From NCBI RefSeq assembly GCF_001194135.2, contig NC_069006.1, forward strand, positions 16,891,008 to 16,955,007: a DNA stretch of 64,000 bases, written 5' to 3'. Each line of letters begins with the position of its first letter. Positions within the stretch are counted from its first letter, which is position 1. Below, in pieces: positions 13,116 to 26,900 of the stretch. The notes below the pieces were generated by a model. It did no database searches. It had not been told where the DNA came from and saw nothing but the letters and a program-made list of their open reading frames with translations. A program made the position numbers and the translations under genes. The DNA comes from Octopus bimaculoides (taxonomy: Eukaryota).

Positions 13116-13369
13116 TTGATAGTGTTCAGTTGGGGAAATAATTTATGAATTTTATAAGGCTTGAGTAGACAATCATATTGTTGGGTTTTGCTAATCTGGA
13201 AAGTGTGGTGTGTTATGTATGGAGTCATAGTTAGTCAATAATTGTTTGGGACTCAAGTGTTTTCTGTCTGAAGAAGGAAACCAATCCTTCTCTTTGCTGT
13301 TGTTTATTTTTAATTCATGCAGAAAGACATAGCATTACTATGTCAGTCCTGATTCAGAAATATTCTGAA

Positions 13370-13605
13370 GGTGGCGAGCTAGCAGAAACGTTAACGCATC
13401 GGGCGAAATGCTTAGCGGTATTTCGTCTGCCGTTACGTTCTGAGTTCAAATTCCGCCGAGGTCGACTTTGCCTTTCATCCTTTCGAGGTCGATAGATTAA
13501 GTACCAGTTACGAATTGGGGGTCGATGTAATCGACTTAATTCCTTTGTCTGTCCTTGTTTGTCCCCCTCTATGTTTAGCCCCTTGTGGGCAATAAAGAAA
13601 TAAGA
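13370..13605 (+). mobile_element. tRNA-derived SINE, family C (GTCGACTTTGCCTTTCATCCTTTCG.GGTCGAT central domain)
   Basis: Head GGTGGCGAGCTAGCAGAAACG...GAGTTCAAATTCC; I recall the central block as Meta-domain-like, which needs checking. Confidence 0.85.
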
Positions 13606-14099
13606 AATATTCTATAGAATGGGTGTATTTTAAAGAAAATATGATTGAAGGAGAATTGGTTAATACTTCTGGCAGGTCTAGCAACTATGTTGAGGATCTT
13701 ATTTGTCTGTGTCAATGTTGTCATAATAATTGTATATACAAAATATTCAGTGTATGAATGAATAGACATACGAGAAATAACAGCCAGATCTCTCTTATCA
13801 ACAAAAGAGGACATATTACTGTAAAAACCGATGTAATTTATGCACTTTTTTTTGCAAAAATAGAAATAAACGTTAGTGGGTACATGAGCAGATCATTTCC
13901 AGAATGTTTTAGAAATTATTTTTGTGGAAAAAAGACATAGAAAACGTAAACATTCATACTGGAAATTGACTCATTTAATGTCAGAGTAGGTTTTTACAGA
14001 AAAAATAATGGCTTAATTATGATGAAGTTGACTTTTATTTATGCTGGACAATAGAATGCTTACTTTTTCTGTATAAATTTACTAAAACCATTAAATGGT

Positions 14100-14450
14100 T
14101 AACTACTTTTTGAAGTCTGATGTCCATGTTGGTAAACACAGTCTAGGCCATATTTTACATTGCTTTGAATTTCTACCTATTGCAATGGAGCACCATTGAC
14201 ATAGATAGTGATATGGATATTCCTGACTGAAAAAAATGTAATGCTATGGATAATCTTGATTGTATGGTTTTATTTTTGTCTGTTTATTACTAGGCACAGT
14301 TTTAAGTTTGTCATACTGTTTATCCCAATTTCGAACATTGGCCTCATTAACATTAAAATGCCTTCTGGCAGCTTTATTGCCATGTTCAATGTGCATATTC
14401 AGCATATTTAATTTCTCCTTTGCAGTAAACGATTCATAAGATCTGTCCAT
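14100..14450 (-). mobile_element. pogo/Tigger-like transposase N-terminal (Brinker-type HTH) remnant
   Basis: RSYESFTAKEKLNMLNMHIEHGNKAARRHFNVNEANVRNWDKQ fits Y...FKL..I..A..HGNRAA.R.F.V.E..VR.W.KQ. Confidence 0.6.
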
Positions 14451-17375
14451 ACTGACAATAATGGTAATGAGAAATTTTAAAGTTTGCTTGACATTTTACA
14501 AGTGTGAAAGGGGTTAAAATTTCGATACCCCGTATCAAAGGTTCCGACAAGAATGGGCAGAAAAGAATTCTGTTTACATAATCAGTTTGATTGGTCACCT
14601 TCCTCTGTCAGTTAAGTATAGTGTCATCCAAACTGATGTTTATTGGTAATTAAGCTTAATTTGCAACATCTGTGCATATTTATCAGCTTTGGTAATTCTT
14701 AACAACTTTTCCTGTGATCGCGTAAAAGAGTGATGGTAATGATATATAACATCAACTCTCTGGAATTGTTTACAATTGCAACTAGGGGAATCAGCTTTAA
14801 AGAAATACATTTGTGCTCCAGTGTACTCAGCGTGGCCTTCATTTTTGACGATGGTAATGTGAAATCTAGTTGTTATATCCAGTAAGTTGAGCCACTGCAT
14901 GGCTTGTAATTTTGTGTATCGATTTTACTTGGTGCATAGTCACCGTGTGTATAGCTATATAGCAGAGGGAACATCTTAAGTCAGTGTCCTCCAGAAAGTG
15001 TTGTGCACCCTACTAACTTCTCCTGTATAACTAAATCTGTGGTATGGGAGTTTAACTGAAAAATATCTACGAAACATGTGCCTGTGAGATAATTTGTTAC
15101 TGATAAAGGGTAGGTGCAGGCATGGTTAAGACCATGTAGTATTTGGATTCCCATGTTTTCATTACTGCGATTGTTTTCAGTGATTTTTTTTGCGATGAAT
15201 ATGATCATCATTGGAATATGACTCTGGAGGGAGCAATTGCAACAAATTTTTCCAGAGATCTGTTTGCAGATCTTCCCATTCAGGGTCAGTTACTTAAAAG
15301 CTGTATAGTAGCTTAAAAGTCACCCGATAATGTCTCATGCTGTGGATATGTGTCTGATTACTACTACTGCTTACCACACTGTGAATATGTCTTGCTACTA
15401 CTGCCATTACACATTTTAGATGTACCTGTTTGACAACTACTATTACAACAATTTTTAAGTGTGCTTAACTACTTGTGTTGATGTGTTTGACTACTACTAC
15501 TACAACTACTACTACACATGACACTGTTACATGTGCCTGTCTAGCTACTTCTGCACACCACATTAGAGTGTATTGTAACACATGTTAGTTTTCTGGTTGG
15601 CTGTATTGCTAGAGATGATCAGATGGAGCAAGGATCACAGATGTGATGGCTTAAGTCCTTCATAAGTGTTCTGCACTTATTTTTCGTCTAAATCTAATTT
15701 TTCCAATTACAACTATATTGTTTTATTCAGTGTTCACCTAAGGAATCATCAGATCTTTTTTGTTTTCTTCCAACCACAAATCTGAATCTGAAAAAAAAAA
15801 AAAAAAAAATGTGCTTTTGATATAGTTTTGCATGCCATGACAACAAACCGTTTCATGTTCCACTTTGAAGATGCTGGACTTGTTTCATTGGCTAAAATCA
15901 CACAACTTTAAATACAGCTATCTTGTTAATTATTTTTTGAAAAAAATGAGTGCAATTATTGTCATCAGTATGCATAACTACATCTGTGTGGAAAATCTGA
16001 AAACAATTCATTGGTGATTGAAAAATTTTCAAGTGGTTGGATGAAAATGAAAAAGATCTGAGTCTTCCGCTTTTGGTTCTATATTGCGAAACTGAGATGG
16101 ATGAGGGTTTTCATGGATTAATATCAATATATGTCGTTTGTCTGTTCTACCATCTCCTTTTAACCTTTTTTTTAACTGTATTCATGAATTTCAATTAATT
16201 TTGAAATGATGAAACCTTTGAAACAATTTATTAAGAACCAAAACACTTTCTGCTGTTAAGCTGGAATTTAGAACATAGCTTGACAAAAATGGTTCTTGCA
16301 TAAAATTATGCTGGAAGTTTTAATTTAGATATGAATGTTTTGAAGTGAGGTTTCCTATTATTGAATCAGAGTTGATCTCCAGAAGTTTGGGAGTTAGGCT
16401 ATCTTTAGAGTTACAAAAAATAGCATATCACTGTTGGTAACCATTTCCTTGACTGTGTCTTCTGGAGTAGCTATGGTATAATAGATTAGTCTACTCATCA
16501 GTCAGTCTGTGTAGAATTGCCTCAGTTGCACTTTTATATTCATTTCAGTACTGTTTTTATATTTCTTGTTTGTTTTAATTTATTATTTACCTGCTTTATG
16601 TTTTAATTTGCTTATATGGGTAGTATTTTATTTTTGAAGTGATGAGTCATTGAATAAATGGTTACACAGCTCTATTTTGGCTGCTCACAGCTAAAAATGA
16701 TGTCTGCTTGGTTGGTTGGTTGGGGTATCTTGTACAGCTGCTTGTCTTGATTCTACTAGACATCTGTTTATAAGCTACTCTGCCACCATGTAATGTTCTG
16801 TGAAACTGAAATGATCTGTCAGCTTGTGTTTCTCCTGATTACTCCTCTTCAGCTTAAGTAGTCTTTTGTCTCTGAGAGGGAGAAATGTGAGTTTTTGCAT
16901 AATATCAAATCTTTCAATTTATTTGAGAAAGATATGACATTTCTGCATGTATCAAAAGCAGTAGCTAGCAGTTCCAACTGGGAACTGAACTCAATTTACT
17001 GGCTCATTTCAGCAAGAATTCCTATCACTCTTGTAATTTTAGTGTTCCTAGCAGGTTGACAAAAATAGTCCCAATACAAGTTAATTTTTCACTGATTTTA
17101 ATCATTAGACTGCGGTCATGTTGGGGCCTTATCTTGAAGGGTACAGTTTATTCCATTAACTTCATTGTGTGGCTGCTAGGTATTGTATTATATCTAAAAG
17201 GATGGGTGGAATTTGTGCACTGAATGCAAAGGGACATAACCAAATCCCAGAAAGTATTTCTTAACTATTCTACATTATTTGTAGTTCATTTACTGTCCTT
17301 CTCAATTGTTCTTTTTGATCAAGTCTTTAGTTGATTGATGATTCAGTGGGAGCCAGGTGGTTAGGTTGCCAGTGT

Positions 17376-18225
17376 TAAGGTGGTATCAAAAAGTTCCCGG
17401 TTTAGTTCTGTAGTGTGCCAACAGATGGCGGCACATGGTTGTGCGTGCAGTGAGAGCTAGCAGTGACCTTCATAGGGCAGTGTACCGAGTGACATCGCTA
17501 TGTTTACTTTGCAAGTTGTGAAATTTGTGTTCTTGTGATGATGTGTATGCTGTAGTCTGTGATTTTTGTCATGGACAGGAAGTTGGAACGAAGAGCCAAT
17601 GTGAAATTTTGCATTAAACTTTAGAAGGCTACTACAGAGACATTGAGCATGCTTTGGCAATGAGGCAATGGGTCATATGCAATGTTTTGAGTGGCATGGG
17701 TGCTTCAAAACTGGAAGAATATCCCTGGAAGATCTGCTATGGGCGTCACCCTTCATCATCTTGTGCATAAGGATTGTTGGTGGACAATAAGGGAGGACAT
17801 TCGATGAAAGTGACTGGATCTGTTTTGCACAAAGAATCAGCTTCTTCATGACAATGCATCTTGTCACCAAGCTCTCCTCGCTTATGAGTTTCTTGCCAAA
17901 AACAACATGGTATCACTTCCACACCCACCCTATTTAGTACTACATTTAGCACCTATGGACTTCCATCTCTTCCTCAAGATGAAAATGCAGCTCAAAGGTC
18001 ACCATTTTAACACCATTGTCAAGATCCATAGCGAATCGCAGAAGGCTCTTGACTTGCTTACAGAAAACAACTTCCAGGCCAGATTTCAAAAGTTCTAGGA
18101 ATGCTAGGACTGGTATATGGCTGTGCAAGGTGACTATTTCACAGGAGATCATGTTAAAATTTAGGTAAAAATGTTATTTCTTATTAAAAATAACTAGTCC
18201 AGGAAATTTTTGATACCATCTCATA
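17376..18225 (+). mobile_element. Internally deleted mariner element
   Basis: TIRs GGTGGTATCAAAAAGTTCCCGG / CCAGGAAATTTTTGATACCATCT; fragments RANVKFCIKL..ATTETLSML and LPHPPY..LAPMDFHLFLKMKMQLKG...QGDYF. Confidence 0.9.
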
Positions 18226-18984
18226 CATAGTTTAATGTAGATTTGTGATCTGGAATACCAGTTGTACCTCTTTCAGCTGTATTGTTGGGAGTTATTTTAG
18301 ATCAGACACTAAATACACATACTGGAAGAGGACAAGAATGGATAAGAAGTTTACTTAGAAAGGGAGCACAGGGTCAGAGAGAGGAGTAGAGAGTAGATGA
18401 GGTAGGCTGAGAGGTTAGTGGTTCATACATACAGCATTGTGTTTATAGTCAGTTTATTTGGTTGTAAATGTTTCACAAGATATGTATGACACTGTTGCTG
18501 TATGAGTCTTAAACAAATTTTTCCCAAATTAGCTTTTCTTATGTATTATGTCTGAAGCCGGTTTGAGAAACAGTCTTGATTTCTTGCAGAGAATTAAAAA
18601 AAAAAAAATAAAAATAAAAATCAGTAATTTTGGAAAATTGCTTGAGTGCAGTGTCAGACATTTGACATTACCAAACATCATTAGCTTAGATTCTATTGCA
18701 ACTAATAACGGTAGATATTGCAGTGTCAGACTAATATTGTGGTATAATTATTTTATTACCTACCTTACCAGCCACACTAATGCAGGCCAAAGTGGAAATC
18801 TTAAGTCACTTCATCTGCTAGAAATAGCTGCCAAATCTCTGTCAGTCTTAATACTTCTGTCTCTAAAAAGAATATATTAATGTAGTCTGTGATACATTAA
18901 TTTTGAAATTAAAAATAGTTAGGTCGAGGTTTGAGTACCTTTTTAATCCTTCAATTGTGAATCTAAATTTCTTGGTTCGCCTTC

Positions 18985-19320
18985 CTGGCACTTGTGCCGG
19001 TGGCACGTGTAAAGACATTCGAGTGAGCTCGTTGCCAGTGCCGCTGGACTGGCTCCTGTGCAGGTGACACGTAAAATACACCATTTTGAGCGTGGCCGTT
19101 GCCAGTCCCGCCTGATTGGCCTTCGTGCTGGTGGCACGTAAAAGCACCCACTACACTCTCGGAGTGGTTGGCGTTAGGAAGGGCATCCAGCTGTAGAAAC
19201 TCTGCCAAATCAGATTGGAGCCTGGTGTAACCATCTGGTTTCACCAGTCCTTAGTCAAATCGTCCAACCCATGCTAGCATGGAAAGCGGACGTTAAACGA
19301 TGATGATGATGATGATGATT
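18985..19320 (+). mobile_element. SINE family B copy
   Basis: Family B body with (GAT)n tail. Confidence 0.85.
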
Positions 19321-19869
19321 CCAGTAATGATGTTAACTACTGATTTCAGATTTTAGCACAAGGCTAGCAATTTCAGGGGAGAGGTTAAGTCAATTATATT
19401 GATCTCTTTGTTCAACTGTTACTTTATTGACCCTAAAAGGATGAAAAGCAAAGTCAACTTCAGTGGAGTTTGAAATCAGAATATGAAGGACAGTTGAAAT
19501 ACCACTGAGCATTTTGCTCCATATGCTAACAATTGTGTCAGCTCACCACCGTATCATCATCATTGTTTAATGTCTGTTTTCCATGCTGGCATGGGTTGGA
19601 CGGTTTGGCTGGGGTCTGGGAAGCAATAGTTTCTCCTACTAAATCCGCTGCTTCACCATTGTAAGTGTGCACCTGCCTAGTCTAAGTAGCATCTTGATAA
19701 ATATGGTTAGAGGTGGAAGCACATTAATCTGTTTAAAAGAAACTGGAAAATTTGTTGAGTGAGATGACTATGATTTCACTTGATTCAACAGTTCTTCTCA
19801 AGCACAGCATATTGTCCAACGATTGAAGGGAACTTTTAAATGGGTCAGTTATGTGACACTGGCATTGGC

Positions 19870-20130
19870 TACAGCTATGATCTCACTTGGCTTGCTGGGT
19901 ACTTCTCAAGCACAGCACATCTCCAAAGGTCTTGCTCACTTGTCATTGCCTCTGTGAGGCCCAATGTTTGAAGTTCATGCTTCACCACCTCGTCCCATGT
20001 CTTTGTGGGTCTACCTCTTGCACAGGTTCCCTCCACTGTTAGGCTGCGACACTTCTTAACACAGCTGTCCTCATCCATATGCAACACATAACCATACCAG
20101 CACAGTCGTCTCTCTTACACACCACATCTG
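19870..20130 (-). mobile_element. RTE LINE 3' end fragment
   Basis: [42 protein letters not shown]. Confidence 0.85.
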
Positions 20131-21699
20131 TCAACAGTAATGCTTATTGATTCATGTTTTGAATTAATCATGCATTAACTTTTAGCTTTGAGTTTTTGAG
20201 TTTGATGAGGTAACTGTTTTTAGAATGATAATGTAGGGTTGGTGTAAGATGCCAGGTCTAGTCAGTTTGAGCATAAACAGAATATTTATCCCAGATATGG
20301 CTGGTTTAAATGCCAAAGGGTTAAAGTGCTTGGGTGGTTCAACAAATGGTCTTTTATGCTTGCTAAAGATTATTCAGACTTTTTCTCAGAAACTAATACA
20401 ATTGAAATAGACAAGCCATCTTGGAAACAAATCAACCAACAGAAAATAACTTTCTTTATGGAAAAATTATAGAAGAAACAGTATCGAAATTAGTTTCTTT
20501 TGATGGGTTTTCCATGGATGTTGTAGTTAATTACTTTTATTGGAAAGCTAGTGGTTTTACCAAAGAAGGATTCTCATTTAATGGAGATGATTCACTGCCT
20601 ATATGATTTAAAAGGAAAAAGTAATTAGTGAGATGTTTAAAAGAAAGAACTTTGAACAATTCTTCTGTTGAATGTACATATTCATGTAATTGTAGATAAG
20701 TATTTACTAATCTGGTAAATTCTGGAATTTAGGATTGCTCAGGAGTTGTGGTGGATTACCTACTGAAAAAAATTTAAAACTTTTAAAAATGAATCTTTCT
20801 GTATTCAACCTTGATTTAGGGGAGAAAAATAAATATAGTTGCTGTCATAATGCTTTATGAGAAAACTCGGATCATAAATGTGATGACACCAGCAATGACA
20901 AGTTTGAAACTGATAAGAATATATATACATACATACATACATACATATACAATGGACTTCTTTCAGTTTCCATCTACCAGGTCCACCCACAAGCCTTTGC
21001 CCGAGGTGCCATGTAGTGGCACTGAACCTGAGACCATATGGTTGGGAAGCAAACTTCTTACTACACAGCTATGTCTGCTCCTACATAAAATATATTTTAT
21101 GTTTGTTTGTTCTAAACACCAGGTTAATGATGACAGTTATTTTCAAAATTGAACCAAAGGCAATCATTTTCAAAAGTAATATAGCAATAAAAAGGTTAAA
21201 TTATATTTTTAAAAATCTAGTGCACACAAGTGTCTGCAGCATACAGTTATTAGTATAGAGATTATTTTGTGCATTACTTTCTCTCACTCATTCTTCCTCT
21301 ATATATTTTAACATGTTTTTCTTAGTAAATTTCTCTTCTCTTCTGTCTCTCCACTTTTCCTTTTTTATGTCTCTTTCTTTCCTTTTCTCTACTTGCTTTC
21401 TGTTTGTCTCCCCAACTTTTAATGCATACCTTGTTTCTCATTTATTTACATGTAAATACTATTTATTATCTGTCGTATATTTATTTGAATGTTAGAATTT
21501 TAGTATTTGTCAGTCTTATTTTGATCAAATTAAAAATTAGGTCAAAATAAGGCCTACAAAACTGTTTATAATTTAAAATAGTAATTTTTAAGCAATAATG
21601 TTGAAACTTGGGGAAAACTGCTGTGAAAATCCACCTTTCGTCTATTTCTCTGGTGTTGATAAGTACTGCAGTTGATTTCATCATCACTAATTCGATGAC

Positions 21700-22130
21700 T
21701 GGCACCCGTGCCAGTGGAGCGCTAACAGCACCATCCGAGCGTGATCATTGCCAGAGCAGCTGTCTGGCTTCTGTGCTGGTGGCACGTAAATAGCACCATT
21801 TGAGTGTGATCGTTACCAGTGTCTCCTTACTGGCACTTGTGCTGGTGGCACGTGAAAAAGAACATCCAAGCGAGGTTGTTGCCAGTGCCACCGGACTGGC
21901 TCCTGTGCAGGTGGCACGTAAAAAACACCATTTGAGTGTAGCCCGTGCCAGTGGCATGTAAAAGCACCCACTACACTCTTCGAGTGGTTGGCGTTAGGAA
22001 GGGCATCCAGCTGTAGAAACTCTGTCAGATCAGATTGGAGCCTGGTGCAGCCATCTGGTTCGCCAGTCCTCAGTCAAATCGTCCAACCCATGCTAGCATG
22101 GAAAGCGGATGTTAAACGATGATGATAATG
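21700..22130 (+). mobile_element. SINE family B copy with multiple internal units
   Basis: Family B body and tail. Confidence 0.85.
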
Positions 22131-22681
22131 ATAATCTCCTCCCATAAATTTCAGGCCTTGTTTCTATTTTAGAAACAATTAATTCTACTTTTGTCTAATG
22201 AGTACATATGCATACGCAATTTCTTTCATATATTTAGTGATGTGGTTCAATAGTTGAATATACTGTTGCCACTCTAATATTATCCTAATGTTTTGTGTTA
22301 AGTGTTGGAAATCTACATTAAATATAAGGTTATGAAATGCTTTTCATGCCACTTATATTTCAAATTCCTATATATTTGAGCATGAAAATTATAAGATATG
22401 GGGTGTGTTTTAGAAAGTTGCTATAATGTCAGTTGGAAAACAACTCAGTGGCTTACGCTGATATTTCAGTGAAACTTAACATCCTACAGATATGTGGGGG
22501 ATTGAAGGATGTGGTGGAGACATATGCAAATTGATAACATATTACTAATTATCCCCATGTGACTATTGTTGTTGATATATTTCATTGCATATAAATGTAT
22601 TTTATATAGTGTATATATTTATGTGTATGTATTTTAATTTTTTAAAAATTAATTTTTCAGCCCTAAATCAAACACTTCAAG

Positions 22682-22834
22682 ATGATGATGCCTGTGTCAT
22701 TGCCGCCTATGACAGGGCCGCCTCCACAACTCCCCAATATGAACCACCCTCCACCCAACATGCCTCCTCGATTCAATATGCCACCTCCCATGGCCATGTC
22801 TCAAGGACCTGGCATCATGCTTCCTCAAGGTTCC

Positions 22835-22866
<32 letters not shown>

Positions 22867-23005
22867 ACAGCAATTACAACAGCGTAGCTACATGCAACAG
22901 AAAATGATGGCCAGCCAAGGGATTATGTTTGATGGCAAACGGATGAGGAAAGCTGTCCACAGAAAAACTGTGGATTATAATTCAGCTGTTGTGAAGTATC
23001 TTGAG
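22682..23005 (+). CDS. WDR33: WDR33 coding exon 1 (exon begins 22661 after tttttcag; MMMPVS...polyQ...KYLE), phase 0
   Basis: Acceptor AG at 22659-22660, ATG at 22682, donor GAG|gtatt at 23006. Confidence 0.95.
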
Positions 23006-23934
23006 GTATTATTTAATTTCTTTATACTATGATTGTATTGTATTAGGTACAGGTGTGGCTGTGTGGTAAGAAGTTTGCTTCCCAACCACATGGTTACAGA
23101 TTCAATCCCACTGCATGGCAACCTTGGGCCAACCAAAGCCTTGTGAATAGATTTAGTAGACAGAAACTGAAAGAAGCCTGTCATGCACAATGGGACTGAA
23201 CCCAAGACCATGTGGTTGTAAAGTGAGTTCTTAACCACACAGCCATGTAAAATTTGTATTGACTGGGACTTCCGAGTTTCTCCCAACAGCTTATTTAACC
23301 TGAGAAGGAAGAATTTTGGCGTTCATATGAGAAAACAGAGATAAAAGTCTTGTTTAAAAAAAAGTATGTGTGTTGGGAGATTTAGGTAATAATTTACATT
23401 TCTTATAAAAATTACAATGCAAGGGATTATTTTATTAGTGGTAGAAATCTGATGAAATAGTTTAAAGGTCAGAGAACAAATTTAAAGTCAGGGAAGTACA
23501 GGTGAAAATCATAAGAATAATCAAAATTATATGTGCAAGCGTGGCTGCTTGTTAAGAAGTTTACTTCTTAACCATATGGTTCTGGGTTCAGTCCCACTGT
23601 GTGGCACAAGTACTGGGGTTGATTTGTTTGACTAAAAAATTCTTGAAGGCAGTGCCCCAGCATAGCCACAGTTTAATGACTGAAACCAATAAAAGATAAA
23701 AATAATTATTACATTTGATCGAATAAGCTGAAAGCTAAAGGGTTAAACTTTAATTTGTGTGAAGAAATTTGTATGTGTGTGTCCTCATCATTTAATGTCC
23801 CTGGGTTGGATGGATTACAGGATACAATTGGTCCAAGGACTGCATTGTGCTTTGGCAGCTTTTTAAAGTAATAATCCCTTACATATATAAATTACTACCT
23901 AAAAACTCTGTTTTTTAAATTAGGCTTCGCTACT

Positions 23935-23967
<33 letters not shown>

Positions 23968-26900
23968 TTATAAAAACTCTAGAAGTGAATCTGATAGAAG
24001 TCTGTCTCATATATGTCTACTTATGCGATAACTGTAAACAGGTTCATCATCATACATACAGGTGCTGTCATTCATTTCCAGCCTTCTCTGGAAAACCTGT
24101 TTAGATGTTAATATCACCTTGTTTTGAAACAGGTGAAAGTTGGCATCAGGAAGGACATTTGTCTGTGGAAAATCTGTCTCACTGAACTCTGACACATGCA
24201 AGCATGGGAAGTTTATGTTAAAATGGTGGTGATGGTGTGTGTGTGTCTGCGTGTTTGTATTAATAGGGTTGGATGAGAATCACTTGTAGCATAGTTATTT
24301 TCAATAAATGTTGATTTTTGTTTGCAGAATCGACTCTATCAAAGGGACCACCGTGACTTCCGAGCCATTCAACCAGACTGCCTTTACCAAGAAGGGGTGA
24401 GAATCCAATTAGCATAAATAAAATTGCTTTTTTTTTTGTTTTTGATGTCCATTTAAAACACATGCTGGAACTTGTTAATCAGAGCTCTGTGACAAACTGA
24501 TCTCTTAGAGAGTAAGTCTGTTTAACCCTCTAGCATTCAAACTGGCCATATCCATCCCAAATATTCTACCTGTTCTATGTTCAAACAAGCCAAATCTGAT
24601 ATCTCAGACCTATCTTACAATGTCATTCTAAAAATAAAGCAATCCCCTTTCAAGCATTGGGCCTCAAGGAGGCAATGACAGATGACTGAAACCTTTGACA
24701 ATATGCTATGCTTGAGAAGACCTGTCAAGCTAAGTGAAATCATAGTTATGGTAGATGAAGCATCACCTTCGACCATTGGGCCTCACAGAGGCAATGACAG
24801 AAGACCAAGACCTCTGGAGTTATGCTGTGATTGAGAAGACTCGGCAAGTAAATTGAGATCACAGCCGTAGCCTATACCAATGTCGCATAACCAGCACATT
24901 TAGAAGTACCTTTGTATTGTTGGGCGACACGCTGTGCTTGAGGAGACCTATTGAGTCAAGTAAAATCAAAAATGGAAATTGTAGTTGTGGCTGATGCCAG
25001 TGCCGCCTGACTGGGCTCTCATGCTGGTGGCACGCAATAAGCACCATTCATGCGTGGGTTGTTGCCAATGCTGCCTGACTGACTCCCTGTGCTGGTGGCA
25101 CGTAAAAAGGACCATCCAAATGTGGTTGATGCCAGCCCCAACTGGCTCCTGTGCCGGTAGCATGTTAACAGAAATAGAAAGTCCTATAGAATGTAACATA
25201 TTTATTTTCATATGCACAGAAGCGAACACACACTCAAATAATTTTTTCACATAACCTAATAATAATTTCTGCAAATTTTATTTTATTTTTTTCTTCCATC
25301 TTACTTCCAATAATTTTTCCCCTATCTCCTATATGTCTTGTAAGGGAAAAAGTGGGCATTACTAAGCATGATCTTTCTACCCTCCATCTCCATACCTTAC
25401 TCCCCTCTCCACCACTCTAATTCCTTGTTCTCTCTCTCTCCACAGCTTGTACCACCTCTCAGTATGTTACATAATCCAATGAACTGTGTGGTCACCAAAT
25501 TTGTCCGTACCTCAACCAACAAATTCAGATGTCCAATCTTTGTCTTAACGGTACGTAATATTTTATATTTTCACTTGTCTACTGTACATTTTCACCCACT
25601 CCACTCCTTCTCTTAATTTAAAAGCTTTCATTGTTTTTTTTTTTAATCTTGTTTAATTATCTTTATCTTTTTTGTGACCAAGTTTTTAATATTTTAATAT
25701 TTAAAAAGGTGGTAAGCTGGCACAATCATTACTGTGGTGGGGCTATGACCCTCTCTGTAACTTTTGCCTGATCTAACAGTTTGATACCCCTGTAATTATT
25801 TCTGTCTAAGGCATCACCTTTACCTTTGTAGCAGTTGACTATGATGCTACTACACCAGTATTTTGGTATGATTCCCTCGTGTAGAACCTGATTTACTATA
25901 TGGGTAACTAGACCATACCCCATACCACTAGATATTTTAAGCATCTCAGCAGTGATTCCTGATTTGGGCTTTCTTGGTCTTCAAAGCTTTATTTGGATTG
26001 CTGGTCCCTCTGTTGTATCCACATCATGCGGACTTTCCTCCCATGCGTTCTCTGCAACAAAAGAGGCTTGGAAGTGCCACTATGGAAGGCTATGTAGAGT
26101 CACTAACTGCAAGTGAACCATCATCCATGCAGACACACTTCTCTGCCATAGCATCACAATTTTCCCTGGCACACTGCCTTGCAAGCCAAAACATTTCAAG
26201 TCTCTTGTCCTCATGATGTAAGACATTGGCAAAACTTCTTTTCTGCTTCTTTTTCGGAACAGCCTGCTTGTGAAATTTATGTACAAGTGACTGTGTATCC
26301 ACAGACACATGTACCCTTAACATAGTTCTCGGGAAGATTTTTGTGTGTTTTGTCTACACACACACGCATATACATGCATATTAATTTCTGTGTAGCTGCG
26401 TCTTTGTGCATATTTGCTTGTGTAAACCTCTGTTTGGTAAAATAAATGAAAATCTAATTTTGTGTTTTATTCAGTGGACACCTGAAGGAAGGCGTTTAGT
26501 AACTGGTGCTTCCAGTGGGGAGTTCACTCTGTGGAATGGTCTTACTTTCAATTTTGAAACCATCCTTCAGGTAAGGAAAAGACTTTTTATGCTAACACAC
26601 ACATACACTCTACAACCACTACTACTACAATTGTTAGCCTTATCAGCTTGCTATATTGCTGTGCCATTTCATGTCAATGTGAATGCGCACACACACACAC
26701 AGGTGAGGGTTGGCAATAGGAAAGACATCTGGCTGTAGTAAATCTGCCTCAAAAAAGCTCCATCTGACCAATGTACACATGGAAATCTGGATGTTAGATG
26801 ATGTTATACAAGACAAACATTTGCCACATAGTGGAATTGAACCAGAAACCATGTGGTTGGAAAGCAAACTTCTTAATCACACAGCTTTACCTGCACCTAT

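Larger units (their letters stand above)
11821..15325. mobile_element. 3.5-kb element bounded by ~190-210 bp imperfect terminal inverted repeats (Mutator/Foldback-like)
   Basis: 11821-12030 is the reverse complement of 15141-15325 apart from small indels; no convincing TSD. Confidence 0.75.

Noticed and set aside
20421-20606. 61-aa protein-like ORF (METNQPTENN...)
   Set aside because: No start codon context or splice signals and no recognisable family; probably TE decay or chance.
23006-23014. GTATTATTT donor as a possible U12 intron
   Set aside because: Does not match GTATCCTT, and no U12 branch point before 24327.
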